The position numbers were made by a program, and so were the translations under genes. This document shows, one piece after another, positions 19,957 to 30,840 of a stretch of 64,000 bases of DNA. Position 1 is the stretch's first letter. Each line of letters begins with the position of its first letter. The notes beneath the pieces were generated by a model. The model was not told the origin of the DNA and searched no databases. It worked only from the letters and a program-made list of their open reading frames with translations. Origin of the DNA: Alphaproteobacteria bacterium (GTDB taxonomy: Bacteria; Pseudomonadota; Alphaproteobacteria; SHVV01); the NCBI GenBank assembly GCA_965261735.1, contig OZ253470.1:3520001-3584000 (forward strand), given 5' to 3'.

Positions 19957-21329
19957 CAGGCTGCTGAAAAAGTCCTCGCCTTTGCAGTTGTGACATGATT
20001 CTGTGATTCCTTCGAGTGATGGAGGATGGCATGCGGGGTCGAGATCAAAGCAGTGGCAATTTATTCAGCTACGTAGACTTGGAAGAGCGTGTTCCGGATG
20101 ATCATCCGCTGCGTCTGATCCGTGAGATCGTGAACGACGTATTGGGGTCTCTATCTTCGGAGTTCGAGACGCTTTATTCCCACATGGGTCGCCCATCGAT
20201 CCCGCCGGAGAAGCTTCTTCGAGCGTTACTGTTGCAGGCGTTTTATTCGATCCGCTCGGAGCGTCAGCTGATGGAGCAGCTAAACTTCAACATGCTGTTT
20301 TGCTGGTTTGTGGGGCTTGGGCTGGACGATGGCGTGTGGGACGCCAGCGCGTTCTGCCACAACCGGGACCGTCTTCTGGAGGCGGAGGTTTCGGGGCAGC
20401 TGCTTGCGGGGGTTATCCAGCACCACAAGGTAGGGGGACTATTGAGCCGGGATCATTTTTCGGTAGACGGAACATTGATCGAGGCCTGGGCGTCGATGAA
20501 GAGCTTTCGTCCCAAAGGTGAGGACGATGGCGACGGGGGATCGGGGCGCAACGCCGCGCGGGATTTTCATGGCGAGAAACGCTCGAACGCGACCCATGCA
20601 AGCACCACTGATCCGGACGCCCGGCTTTATCGCAAGGGTAATGGCCGGGAAAGCAAGCTGTGTTACATGGGCCATGCGCTGACGGAGAACCGCCATGGTC
20701 TGGCAGTCGGCGGCGGCGTGACCATTGCGTCGGGCACGGCGGAACGCGAAGCCGCCCTTGATCTGATCGACAGGCATCGCCCGGTGGAGAGTAGAGGCGG
20801 GCGGCGTCGGATCACGGTGGGCGGGGACAAGGGTTTTGACGTCGCGGATTTTGTCGAGGAACTGCGGCACCGCAAGGTGACCCCCCATATCGCCGTCCAG
20901 GACCACGTCACCAAGACCGGCAAGCGGCGCAAGACCAAGATAGACGGGCGCACGACGCGCCATCCCGGTTACGGCGTCAGCCAACGTTGCCGCAAGCGCA
21001 TCGAGGAGGTCTTCGGCTGGGTCAAGACGAGCGCGGGATTGAGCAAGACCAAATTCCGGGGCCGCCACCGGGTCGACGCTTCGTTCACCCTGGCCTTGGC
21101 CGCCTACAACCTCGTCCGACTACCCAGACTGCTGGCGGAGGCGCCAACATGACGGGCGATACCGGCACGCCGCTGACCGCAAAGTGGCAGATCATCGAAC
21201 TGGACGAAGCCCAGGGCATCGGATCGGTCGAGATTGAAGACGGTTTCACCCTAAGACACGAAATCTCATTTCATTTCGGCGATGAATCCGAGTTCAAGGC
21301 CCGGCAATGATGACTTTTTCAGCAGCCTG
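19957..21329 (+). mobile_element. IS5-family element with small passenger ORF remnant
   Basis: IRs CAGGCTGCTGAAAAAGTC / GACTTTTTCAGCAGCCTG, CTAG on both sides; short ORF at 21149-21310 inside the right end. Confidence 0.88.
20031..21152 (+). CDS. IS5-family transposase (DUF772 + DDE)
   Basis: RVPDDHPLR, GRPSIPPE, SVDGTLIEAWAS, GDKGFD and RKRIEEVFGWVK. Confidence 0.9.
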   Translation: MRGRDQSSGNLFSYVDLEERVPDDHPLRLIREIVNDVLGSLSSEFETLYSHMGRPSIPPEKLLRALLLQAFYSIRSERQLMEQLNFNMLFCWFVGLGLDDGVWDASAFCHNRDRLLEAEVSGQLLAGVIQHHKVGGLLSRDHFSVDGTLIEAWASMKSFRPKGEDDGDGGSGRNAARDFHGEKRSNATHASTTDPDARLYRKGNGRESKLCYMGHALTENRHGLAVGGGVTIASGTAEREAALDLIDRHRPVESRGGRRRITVGGDKGFDVADFVEELRHRKVTPHIAVQDHVTKTGKRRKTKIDGRTTRHPGYGVSQRCRKRIEEVFGWVKTSAGLSKTKFRGRHRVDASFTLALAAYNLVRLPRLLAEAPT

Positions 21330-22617
21330 CTAGTGCAAACCAACCTGACCCGAAGGAGAACCACGATGACCCAGGACATGATGACCCTGCGCGCGCTTTT
21401 GGAGAAGAGCTCCGATGCCGATCTGCTTTGCGAGATGATCGGCTTCACGGCCGAGCGGCTGATGGCACTGGAGGTTGAGGGCCTGACCGGCGCCGGGCAC
21501 GGCGAGCGCTCGGCGGATCGTATCACCCATCGCAACGGCTACCGCGACCGGTCCTGGGAGACGCGGGCCGGCACGGTCGAGCTGAAGATCCCGAAGCTGA
21601 GGAAGGGAAGCTACTTCCCGGGCTTCCTGGAGCCGCGGCGGATGGCCGAGAAGGCGCTGGCTGCGGTGATCCAGGAGGCCTACATCCAGGGGGTGTCGAC
21701 CCGCTCGGTCGACGATCTGGTTCAGGCGATGGGGATGTCGGGCGCCTCCAAGAGCCAGGTCTCCAGGCTGTGCGGCGAGATCGACGATAAGGTCAACGGC
21801 TTCCTCGATCGACCGCTGGAGGGCGACTGGCCCTATCTGTGGCTCGACGCCACCTACGTGAAGGTGCGCCAGACCGGACGCATCGTCTCGGTCGCGGTGA
21901 CCGTGGCTGTGGCCGTCAACGACCAAGGCCGCCGCGAGGTCCTGGGCGTGGCGATCGGCGCGTCGGAGGCCGAGACCTTCTGGACCGAGTTCCTGCGCTC
22001 GCTGGCCCGGCGCGGGCTGCGCGGCGTGAAGCTGGTGATCTCCGACGACCACAAGGGCCTGAAGGCCGCCGCGACCCGGATCCTCGGCGCCACATGGCAG
22101 CGCTGCCGCGTGCACTTCGCCCGCAACCTGCTGGCCCATGCCGGCCGCCAGGGCCGGCGCGTCGTCTCCGCCTTCGCCCAGGAGGACGCCGACAGCGCGA
22201 AGGTCCAGTGGCGCCAGGTCGCCGACCAGCTCAGGCCCAAGGTGCCCAAGCTGGCAGTTCTCATGGACGAAGCCGAGCACGACGTCCTCGCCTACATGAG
22301 CTTCCCCAGGGAGCACCGCCAGAAATTGCACTCCACAAACCCGATCGAACGGCTCCATGCCGAGGTCAAGCGTCGCACCAACGTCGTCGGTATCTTTCCC
22401 AACGAAGCCGCCATCACACGGCTCGTCGGCGCCATCCTTCTCGAGCAGAACGACGAGTGGGCCGTCTCAAGGAGATACATGACGCTGGAATCCATCGCTC
22501 CGCTGAGCGATGGTGTCCCCATCACGCTGCCCACCGTGGCAGCCTGAACGTCCCGGCCCTACACGCCGGGAGCCGCGTAGAGCGCAACGCTCTTACACCA
22601 CTCCGCGGGACACGATC
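21330..22617 (+). mobile_element. IS256-family element C, copy 1 (left end lost; 15-bp in-frame deletion in transposase 21366-22547)
   Basis: Near-identical to 43031-44479 but begins at the CTAG next to IS5 and lacks the VATAF codons. Confidence 0.9.
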
Positions 22618-22702
22618 TGGTGAAGAAACTTTTTCCTGATCCCCCCACAGAACAGCTGGATAGGCTACAGAGCGAAGCACCATCGGCAACTGTTCTTTTG
22701 AA

Positions 22703-24165
22703 CCGGGATTTCCCATGTGGCACCCTTCAGCCAAGTTGAGAGTGGCTCGAAATCGCTCAAAGGGCAAGTCCGATGGGTTGTGCCACCAAGATCATGCCCG
22801 ACAACAGGAAATTGAGAGTGAATGGGACATGGTGGCATTCGATATTGCCGGTCGGGCCGTGTCTCGGACACACCGGTCCTGTCGTCTTCAGGCATGAGGG
22901 ACGATCCTGTCGTCATGTTGGGAGGGGCGTCGTTCTGAGCCGATCGATTCGGCGGAGGATGTCGGCGAACAGGTCACGAGGGATAGCGACCTCGGCCATC
23001 TGGAAGACGATGTAGCGACCGTGGCGGACGATCTTCGCGCCGATCTTGACGAGCTTTTCGCGCAGCGTGGTCAGTGACCACTGCTCCACTGCATCGGGCA
23101 ACACGAGTGTCCGCATGAAGTTGCCGAGATTGTAGGCGAGCGCGTGGAGTTGGAGCCGGACGGCGTTGTGACGGAACTTGCGGCACGACAGGCGTGTCCA
23201 CCTGATGGCGTTTTTGCCTTCCTTGATCCATTGCTCGGCCGTGCCGCGCTGATTGTAGAATGCGACGACCCGCTCGGTGGGTCGGCTCAGGTTGGTTACA
23301 ATGAACCCGACGCGCGGGTACAACTCACCAGGATGCCACTCGACCTTGGCGACGACGCGGCGGGGTTTGTCCCAGGTCCGCGGCCTGATAGCTGAAGCCG
23401 GCATGATACCGGCGAACATCATTGGGCGGCCTGCCGACGGGGCGTTTCAGCAGATGGGCGATGCTGCCTTGCAGCACCTTGTTTGCGGGGAGCCGGATGG
23501 CGTAGCTGAAGTCCTCGGCTTCGAGAAACTCGTAGACTTCGGGTGAGGCGAAGGCGGCGTCGCCACGGAAGTAACGCCGGAGTGTCCTGTTGCGGTAACG
23601 AGCGACCACCGGTTCCAACACATCGCGCCACTCGTGGGCGCTGTGCACGTTGCCGGGACGAAGGCCGCACCGCTCCAGATCGCCGAACTGATTGAACACG
23701 AAAAGCGGGTGATAGCAGGTGCAGCCGAAATCGCCGTTATAGGCCGTACCTTCCTGATCACCATGGGTCGGGCTGACGGAGCTGTCCATGTCGAGCACGA
23801 TCATTCTCGGCAGCTTCCGCGCATGAACCCGATCGATCCAAACACCCGACAAGTCCGCGAGGGCGGCGAGGTTCTCGTCGTTCGCTAACAGCTCGGTCTC
23901 GAAGCGCCCCATCTGGCTGGTCGATGCGCCGCCGCGTTCGACCGCCTGGCCGCCGACGATCCACCGCATCGCGGGATCGCGCCCGAGACGGTCGGCGTCG
24001 TTCACATCCTCGTATCCGGCGAGGCGTCCATAGACAGACTGGCGAAGCAGACCGACGACGCCATGCCAGCCGTTCTTGCCCGTCCGGCTGTCGGCCAGGA
24101 CATCGCCCGAACATAGAATCAGCGTTCAAAGGGTCCAACGCCGAAGTTCACCTGGGAAATGCGGG
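22703..24165 (-). mobile_element. IS1380-family element, defective (frameshifted transposase 22913-24110)
   Basis: Ends CCGGGATTTCCCA / TGGGAAATGCGG; LDMDSS, CYHPL, RGDAAF and YNQRGTAEQWIKEGK motifs; frameshift near 23378. Confidence 0.85.
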
Positions 24166-24220
24166 TTTAATGCATCAGGTCACGGTCCTGTCGGGTGTGG
24201 GTCTGGTATGGAAAATCCAA

Positions 24221-25614
24221 GGCTGTGTCTCGAAAGTGGTGGAAATTTGAGGATGGCGTAATCTCCGGGTGACAAGACAACCACCCAATCGGCGGCTAGC
24301 ACCGCCAAGGAGATCACGCCATGAAGAACACTACCGAGACTTCCGCGCTTTCGCTACTGGCCAATGACGCCGGCTATGATCCGCTCGAGGACCGGCTGCG
24401 GGAGAACATCAGATCCACGATCGAGGCCGTTTTTGAGGAGGAACTTGCGCAGTTTCTCGGGCGCTGCCGATACGGTCGAGAGGACGCGCTTCGGCAAGGG
24501 TATCGGAACGGGCACCGGGAGCGGCAACTGACGGGGACATTCGGGACCGAGAGGGTGAGCGTGCCGCGTGCGCGGATCGTTGAGGAAGACGGTCGGGCGT
24601 CGGAATGGCGTTCGCGGGCGCTGCCGCGCTACCAGCGGCTGACCAGAAAGGCCGAGGCGCTGATCGCTTCGGTGTATCTGTCCGGAACCAACACGCGGCG
24701 GGTGAAACGCGCGCTGTTCGGGCTCTTCCGGGGTGCTGTGAGCAAGGACGTTGTGAGCCGGGCGTGGCGCAAGGTGAAGGTCGATTGGGACGCCTGGTGC
24801 AGCCGTGGCCTCGCGGATGAGGATATCGTTCGGCTGATCCTTGACGGCACTGTGATCAAGACCCGACTGGACCGCAAGGCCACCAACATCTCGGTTCTCG
24901 CGGCTATAGGGGTGCGCCGGGATGGCCAGAAGGTCTTGCTTTCGATCGGGAATATGGGCGGAGAAAGCCAGGCGGCGTGGCGCCAGTTCCTCGACGACCT
25001 TGATGCGCGTGGACTGAAACGGCCCGGGTTTGTCATCGTCGATGGCGCGCCGGGACTGGAGGCGGCTCTGTCGGCGCTTTGGGGCGATGACCTTCCCGTT
25101 CAACGCTGCACCGTGCACAAGCACCGCAACCTTCTGGGTCATGCTCCCAAACACATGCATGACGAGCTGAGCGAAGATTACCGCGATATGATCTATGCTG
25201 ACACTGCCTCCGAGGTGGAAACCCGCCGCAAGGCGTTTGTCCGCAAGTGGCGGCTGAAATGCAGGGCCGTCGCGGACAGCCTCGCAGAAGCGGGCGACAA
25301 GCTCTTTACCTTCACGCGCCTGTCCAAGAGCCAATGGAAATCAGCCCGAACGACCAACGCCATTGAGCGTCTCAACGAGGAGTTCAAGCGCCGGATCAAA
25401 ACACAGACCGTGCTGCCGTGTCCCGAAACAGTGCCGATGCTCCTCTGGGCACTCCTCGCTTCCGGCCAAATCCAGATGCGCAAAGTCGATGGATGGGAAA
25501 CCCTCGATCAGCTAATCGCCGACGAAACCCTTGACCGCGCAGCCTGACCGCCGCAAAACTCAACCCGCTCGGAGAGGCGCCAAAACCAATTTCCACCACT
25601 TTCGAGACACAACC
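24221..25614 (+). mobile_element. IS256-family element A, copy 2
   Basis: Same IRs and 1394-bp length as copy 1; 8-bp TSD AAATCCAA. Confidence 0.95.
24321..25547 (+). CDS. IS256-family transposase, 408 aa
   Basis: Essentially identical to the 1610-2836 product (one L/I difference seen). Confidence 0.95.
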   Translation: MKNTTETSALSLLANDAGYDPLEDRLRENIRSTIEAVFEEELAQFLGRCRYGREDALRQGYRNGHRERQLTGTFGTERVSVPRARIVEEDGRASEWRSRALPRYQRLTRKAEALIASVYLSGTNTRRVKRALFGLFRGAVSKDVVSRAWRKVKVDWDAWCSRGLADEDIVRLILDGTVIKTRLDRKATNISVLAAIGVRRDGQKVLLSIGNMGGESQAAWRQFLDDLDARGLKRPGFVIVDGAPGLEAALSALWGDDLPVQRCTVHKHRNLLGHAPKHMHDELSEDYRDMIYADTASEVETRRKAFVRKWRLKCRAVADSLAEAGDKLFTFTRLSKSQWKSARTTNAIERLNEEFKRRIKTQTVLPCPETVPMLLWALLASGQIQMRKVDGWETLDQLIADETLDRAA

Positions 25615-25807
25615 AAATCCAAGTCATTGATTTAGTGCGGTTTTTGTGTCGAGACGAACGGCCGAAAACGGCTATTCGTGACAATGGGCCGCTCCAAGGC
25701 AGGATTTTGTCACGACGGCAGGGTCGAGCAGGGGAAGGTGGGAACGCTCCGCACCGCCAGAAGCGGTACGATGCCGTGTCTCGAAACCCAACATCGGGGA
25801 CATTCCC

Positions 25808-27199
25808 ATGGCAGTATCCCCGCCTCCGGCGCCTTCGTCCATCGATCTTTCCGGCCTGCCTCCTCGGGTCGTCGAGGCGGCCGCCCGGGTGCTCGCACTG
25901 TGTCGCGAGGAGCTTCGTTCCGAGCCGCGCCCCGAGGTGCCCGAGGAGGTCGAGTTGCGGGTGCGTGAGGCCACGAACGAGTTCGCTCGCGATGTCATGG
26001 GCGCCGTCATCGAGAACCGGGACGATGGCGCTTCCCGGATCGAGCGGGACGGGCAGAGCTGGTTCCGGGTCGCGGTGACGCCGAAGACGATCATGACCTC
26101 GCTCGGTCCGGTGACCTACCGGCGAGCGCGTTACCGCAGCGGCGCGAGCGGGGCATCGCCGGTGCCGGTCGACGAGAGCCTGGGCTTCGTCGACGATTAC
26201 CTGACGCGGCCGGCGGCCGAGCTCGGTCTGCTGATGATGGGTCGCTGCACGGCCCGGGAAGCGGCGGCGTTCTTTGCGAAGACCGGCGCCATGACGCCGT
26301 CGGTGAGCACCCTGCAGCGCCTGACCCTGAGCATGCACGAATGCTGGGAGAGCCTCGGCCCGGAGACGCTGGGCAGCATCCGTGAGGCCGAGGGCATACC
26401 GCAGGACGCGACCACCGCCTCGGTCTCCCTCGACGGCGTCATGGTGCCGCTGAGACCCGGCGAGGACGGTCGCGCCAAGGCCTCCTGGCGCGAGGCCGCC
26501 TGCGGCACGGTCTCCTTCCACGACGCCGAGGGCAAGCGCCTGAAGACCCTCTATCTCGGCCCCATGCCGGAGAGCGGCAAGCTCACGCTGAAGGCGCAGC
26601 TTGCAAGCGAAGTCGCACACATCAGGCGAGCACGCCCCGAGATCGGGATCGTCGCTATCGCCGATGGCGCCGCCGACAACTGGACCTTCCTGGAGACCCT
26701 GTCGCCCGAAACCGAGGTGATCGACTTCTGGCATGCTTGCGAACATCTGCAAACCGCGTCCGACCATGCCGTGGCGCCCGGCTGGTTCGAGAAGTACCGC
26801 GAGATCCTCCGTCACGATCCCCGTGGCGTCGCCAAGGTGATCCGGGCGCTGCGCCACCTTCGCGATGCCGCCGCTGCGCCGGACCGGGCCGAGACCGAGC
26901 GGGAACTCGCCTTCTTCCGCAAGCATCGCCATCGCATGCGCTACCACGCCCTGAAGGAAGAGGGCATCGCCATCGGCTCAGGCGTGGTCGAGGCTGCCAA
27001 CAAGACCCTGGTGACACAGCGCATGAAGCGCTCCGGCATGCGCTGGCGGATCGTCGGCGGACAGGCTGTTCTGACCTTCCGCGCCCTGATCAAATCCGGC
27101 CGCTTCGAGCGCGCATGGAAGGCCCTGATCAGCGCAACCGACACACCGGCCAACGACAACATCAGTCCACGTGCAGCAGCCATGGCAATCGCTGCCTGA
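25808..27199 (+). CDS. ISKra4/ISLre2-like transposase
   Basis: SLDGVMV, IADGAADNW, IDFWHACEHL and IGSGVVEAANKTLVTQRMKRSGMRW motifs. Confidence 0.85.
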   Translation: MAVSPPPAPSSIDLSGLPPRVVEAAARVLALCREELRSEPRPEVPEEVELRVREATNEFARDVMGAVIENRDDGASRIERDGQSWFRVAVTPKTIMTSLGPVTYRRARYRSGASGASPVPVDESLGFVDDYLTRPAAELGLLMMGRCTAREAAAFFAKTGAMTPSVSTLQRLTLSMHECWESLGPETLGSIREAEGIPQDATTASVSLDGVMVPLRPGEDGRAKASWREAACGTVSFHDAEGKRLKTLYLGPMPESGKLTLKAQLASEVAHIRRARPEIGIVAIADGAADNWTFLETLSPETEVIDFWHACEHLQTASDHAVAPGWFEKYREILRHDPRGVAKVIRALRHLRDAAAAPDRAETERELAFFRKHRHRMRYHALKEEGIAIGSGVVEAANKTLVTQRMKRSGMRWRIVGGQAVLTFRALIKSGRFERAWKALISATDTPANDNISPRAAAMAIAA

Positions 27200-27213
27200 A
27201 CTCAACGAACCAA

Positions 27214-27301
27214 GCTTCGCGTTCCGCCGTGCCCGACGCAATGCTCACGCCGCCGCCGACTGCCAGACCATGGCGGTTCTCCGTCAGCGCATGGCCCATG
27301 T
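27214..27301 (-). repeat. Inverted internal fragment of the IS5 transposase gene
   Basis: Reverse complement of about 20665-20752 (MGHALTENRHGLAVGGGV...GTAERE). Confidence 0.8.
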
Positions 27302-27365
27302 CAGCGCCGACGGCAGCATCAGTTCCCGCTCAACCGCGTCCGTGACATAGCGGCCGAAATCCACA

Positions 27366-27869
27366 CTATCTTTGCCAAGTGCAGTCCGCGATCATGACGA
27401 CCCAATTGTCCGCCAGGTAGTCCACGTCGTAGGTGCAGCTTCCGCTCACCCCTTCGTAGGCGCCGGTCCCGCCCAGAATTTCCATGGTGCCCGGGCCGCC
27501 ACTGCCCGCCTCGACGCCGCCTTCGCGCCTTTTCGAGAGCGTGTACCAGCGGTCGCCCGACGGGGCGGTCGTCTCGCAGGGCACCTCCAGGTCGAAGCCC
27601 GCCTTTGCGCGCTTGATGTAGACCACGCAGGTCGCGCGGTCGTGCGTTCCTTCGACGAACGGCCCGCCGCTGCTCTCAAGGATGGTGACCGCTCCCTCCA
27701 GGGTACCGCCGGTGACGCGCGCGTCGGCATGGTCGATGGTGGTGTAGTCCTGAACATAGGTTCGGATGAGGCGGACGCTGCCGCTCTCCTCGGCCATGGC
27801 GGTGTTCGCGGCGCACAGAATTCCAGCTCCGGCGGCCAGCGCCGCGGCGATTTTGCTTACTGAAAACAT
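27366..27869 (-). CDS. Secreted hypothetical beta-rich protein
   Basis: Signal peptide ending in AMA-EE, four Cys in the mature part, GGTGAYEGVSGSC motif reminiscent of dirigent/AOC-like barrels. Confidence 0.7.
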   Translation of the reverse strand: MFSVSKIAAALAAGAGILCAANTAMAEESGSVRLIRTYVQDYTTIDHADARVTGGTLEGAVTILESSGGPFVEGTHDRATCVVYIKRAKAGFDLEVPCETTAPSGDRWYTLSKRREGGVEAGSGGPGTMEILGGTGAYEGVSGSCTYDVDYLADNWVVMIADCTWQR

Positions 27870-28187
27870 GTCGTCCCTTTCGAGAACCTCATCCACTTGA
27901 GTTACACCCGGTCACGTCCATCAAGTCCTTCCACGACCCGGCCGCCGCGATGCTCGCCAAACTCTGTACAGACGCCCGGAGGCGCGAACTACCCACGGGG
28001 CGTCTTGGCCATACCCTGGTCGAGATCACCGAACCGGGCCGGACAGTTGGACAGTTACACTTCGCCGCATCCAAGCCGCACACAAACACCCGCTACGGCG
28101 TGCCCAGCTTCCTGTAAAGGTACGGAAACAGGCCCATGTGCTCAAAGACCCTTCCGCAATTCCAACAGCCCAGAGGAGACGCCCAAT

Positions 28188-28259
28188 CCGGGATTTCCCA
28201 TGTGGCACCCTTCAGCCAAGTTGAGCGTGGCTCGAAATCGCTCAAAGGGCAAGTCCGAT
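28188..28259 (+). repeat. Solo IS1380 left end
   Basis: Nearly identical to 22703-22774; cut by IS1595 at the start codon. Confidence 0.8.
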
Positions 28260-28260
28260 C

Positions 28261-29351
28261 CTTGCCTATCCGGTTAACGCCCATGACCGCTACATGTAGG
28301 GTGCCGCCACTCTCCCGAGTAAAGCTCGGCATAGGTTGGAGCAGAGGTGTCGCCCGCGATGCCGAGCAATGAGCGGAAGGCGTTGAACGGGTAGAACCGC
28401 CTGTTGAAGCGGAAGGTGAACTCGTTGAGGTAGGCTTGTAGGTGCTGGTGGCTAACGCCGTGGTGGATACCGATCAGCCACGTCTTCAGGTTGGCGAAAA
28501 CCAGATGGATGATCGGCAGGTATTGCTCGGCAACCTCTGGATCACCACACTCGGCAACAGCGAAGTGCTCATAGCCGCGCTTACCGAGGCCAGCATAGCC
28601 GCTCCAATCGTCAGTAACGATCAGCGATCGCGGCGCGACGGTGCTCTCGACGAACCCACAGAGCGACTCGGCGCTACGGTCGAGCACGACGGCGAGCCGA
28701 ACGCGTCCGGCATAGCGTCCGTCTTTCCGGTTGTCGAGCTTGGTGCCCGGCTTTCGATGACGCACCTCGATGGCACAGGAGACGGGAACCTTGTGGTGAA
28801 CACCACGGCCTTCCCCACGCGTTCGCCCGCCAACCCAGGTTTCGTCCACCTCAACATGGTTCTTGGGCTGTCCACCGATCCTGTCTTGGTTGGGCCGCAC
28901 CATGCCCGAGCGGAGCTTGTGGAGAATTTGAAAGGCCGTCTCGTAGCGCGAAAGACCAAGTTGCCGCTGAAACTGCACGGCGGACATGCCGGGCGTCTGA
29001 CTGGCGACCAGATAAGCGGCCCAGAACCAGACGTTCAGCAGAGTGTGGCTACGCTCCATCACTGTTCCCACCGTCAGCCCGGTGTTCTGGCGGCACTTGC
29101 GGCAGCGCAGGACGCCAGGGCGGTTTTCAAAGTGGAACGGCTCTCCCGCCGTGCCGCAGTGCGGGCAGGCAAAGCCGTCTCCCCAGCGGGCTTTCTCCAG
29201 GTAGGCGGCGCAGGCCGCATCATCGGGGAAAAGTCGCTGGAACTCGGGTAGCGAATGCGGGAATGGGAGATCGGCGCGGTCGAGAACATCCATGGCGCGC
29301 TCCCCTATATCCGGGTTGCGCCCATTCTAGCCCTAGTGGGTGTGGGTGTAA
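28261..29351 (-). mobile_element. IS1595-family element 2, copy B (outer 14 bp of one IR missing)
   Basis: Starts CTTGCCTATCCGG; ends ...GTGGGTGTAA without ACCGGATAGGCAAG. Confidence 0.88.
28274..29293 (-). CDS. IS1595-family transposase, 339 aa
   Basis: CPHCG..CRKC Zn ribbon, VEVDETWVGG, VTDDWSGY and YLNEFTFRFNRR. Confidence 0.92.
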   Translation of the reverse strand: MDVLDRADLPFPHSLPEFQRLFPDDAACAAYLEKARWGDGFACPHCGTAGEPFHFENRPGVLRCRKCRQNTGLTVGTVMERSHTLLNVWFWAAYLVASQTPGMSAVQFQRQLGLSRYETAFQILHKLRSGMVRPNQDRIGGQPKNHVEVDETWVGGRTRGEGRGVHHKVPVSCAIEVRHRKPGTKLDNRKDGRYAGRVRLAVVLDRSAESLCGFVESTVAPRSLIVTDDWSGYAGLGKRGYEHFAVAECGDPEVAEQYLPIIHLVFANLKTWLIGIHHGVSHQHLQAYLNEFTFRFNRRFYPFNAFRSLLGIAGDTSAPTYAELYSGEWRHPTCSGHGR

Positions 29352-29356
29352 CCCGG

Positions 29357-29915
29357 CGCAAGGAACAGCCGCGAGTGGCAGCAGCTGGTCGAGATGTGCC
29401 GCGTGATCGACACGGTGCTGATCGACCAGGACACGGTGTACGCGCCGCGCCAGAGCAACGACCGTCTCCTACTCGGGCTGAAAGGCAGCCTGAACGAGTA
29501 CGAACTCGACCTGCTGCGCCAGCGCTCGCTCTCGGCCCGCTACGAGAAGGCGCGGTGCGGCGAGCTCGTTGTCGGCGCGCCGGTCGGCTTCGTTGGGGCG
29601 GGCGACCGGCTGGAGAAGGATCCGGATCGGCGGGTTCAGGAGGCGATCCGGCTGGGCTTCGACAAGGTCGAGGAGCTCGGCAGCGCGCGGCAGGCGCTGC
29701 TGTGGTCCCACGAGCACGATCTGCAGTTGCCGGTGAGGCAAAGAAACGGCGACATCGTGTGGCGCAGGCCGAGCTACGCCACCCCCCATCAGATGATCGT
29801 CAACCCGGCCTATGGCGGCACCTATGCCTATGGCAAGACGACGGTCGAGGCGGGCTATGATGACGCACGGGCGAGGGCGAGAATACGGCGCAAGCCGCGC
29901 GCCGAGTGGCTGGCG
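29357..29915 (+). pseudogene. Large serine recombinase internal fragment
   Basis: [16 protein letters not shown]...[17 protein letters not shown]...[12 protein letters not shown]; the N-terminal catalytic Ser region is absent. Confidence 0.8.
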
Positions 29916-30049
29916 CGATGTGGGGGCGGGCGGTGGCGTCCTGACGGCGTTCGTGGCGTGAGGCGCCGCGAGATCAGCGCAGACGCCGCCAGATCTGGGT
30001 CTTGCCGAAGATCGACAGGCCGTACTGTGGCGCCGTCTTCGCGCAAAGG

Positions 30050-30550
30050 GGTTCGGGGGAAGCCTGCGCATCGCCGGCGAGTGGGCGACACGACAGCGGC
30101 GCGCGGAAGCGTCTGCCTACGCCGCGCCGGGCAGATGCCCGTCGGCGCGCAGGATTGCCCGCATGATGACGACGGCGCGCGATCATCTCTCGAGGTCCGA
30201 CGCTGTCACCGTGGCCCGGATCGAAGCCGCCGTTCCAGATCTTGCCGCAGCCTGCGCCTTGACCGGGCGCTTCGCCAACATGGTCAGAAACGGCGAACAC
30301 GACAATCCCGAAGAATGGCTGAGCGAGGCCGGAGGCAGCCTTCTCGCATCCCTCGCCCGTGGTCTGAACGCCGACAAGCATGCCGTTCTGGCTGCCCTTC
30401 GCGAGCCGTGGTCCAACGGGCAAACAGAAGGCCAGATCAACAAGCTGAAGGCCCTCAAGCGCCAGATGTATGGACGCGCCAACCTCGACCTGCTGCGAGC
30501 ACGCCTCGTCGCCGCTGCATGACGAAACGTCATCGAAAGTGAGTCAAACC
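30050..30550 (+). pseudogene. ISL3-family transposase C-terminal fragment and right end
   Basis: [33 protein letters not shown]; end AAAGTGAGTCAAACC. Confidence 0.85.
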
Positions 30551-30558
30551 CGAAAATT

Positions 30559-30742
30559 GGGTCTGACTCAATCTCGATGATGGTGGCTTCGGACAGCAAC
30601 GAGGAGGCGGGTTCTGAGCACATCCAGATCGGCACATCACAAAAATCTGACGCTGGAAGGCCTCCAGATTGCCGATCTGGCCTCCGTTCGCCGGCATCTG
30701 GCGTCCATAAGCCACTGACAGCATCGAGATCGCGACAGACCC
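30559..30742. mobile_element. About 184-bp MITE with ISL3-like ends, copy 2
   Basis: Colinear with 13051-13232; flanked by AAATT on both sides. Confidence 0.7.
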
Positions 30743-30840
30743 AAATTTCCGCGCCGAATAACAACCTGATGGAGAAATGCCGAAACCATCCTACAATCAG
30801 TTAACTTGACAAAGCCACTGTTAGTGTGACGGGCACCGGT

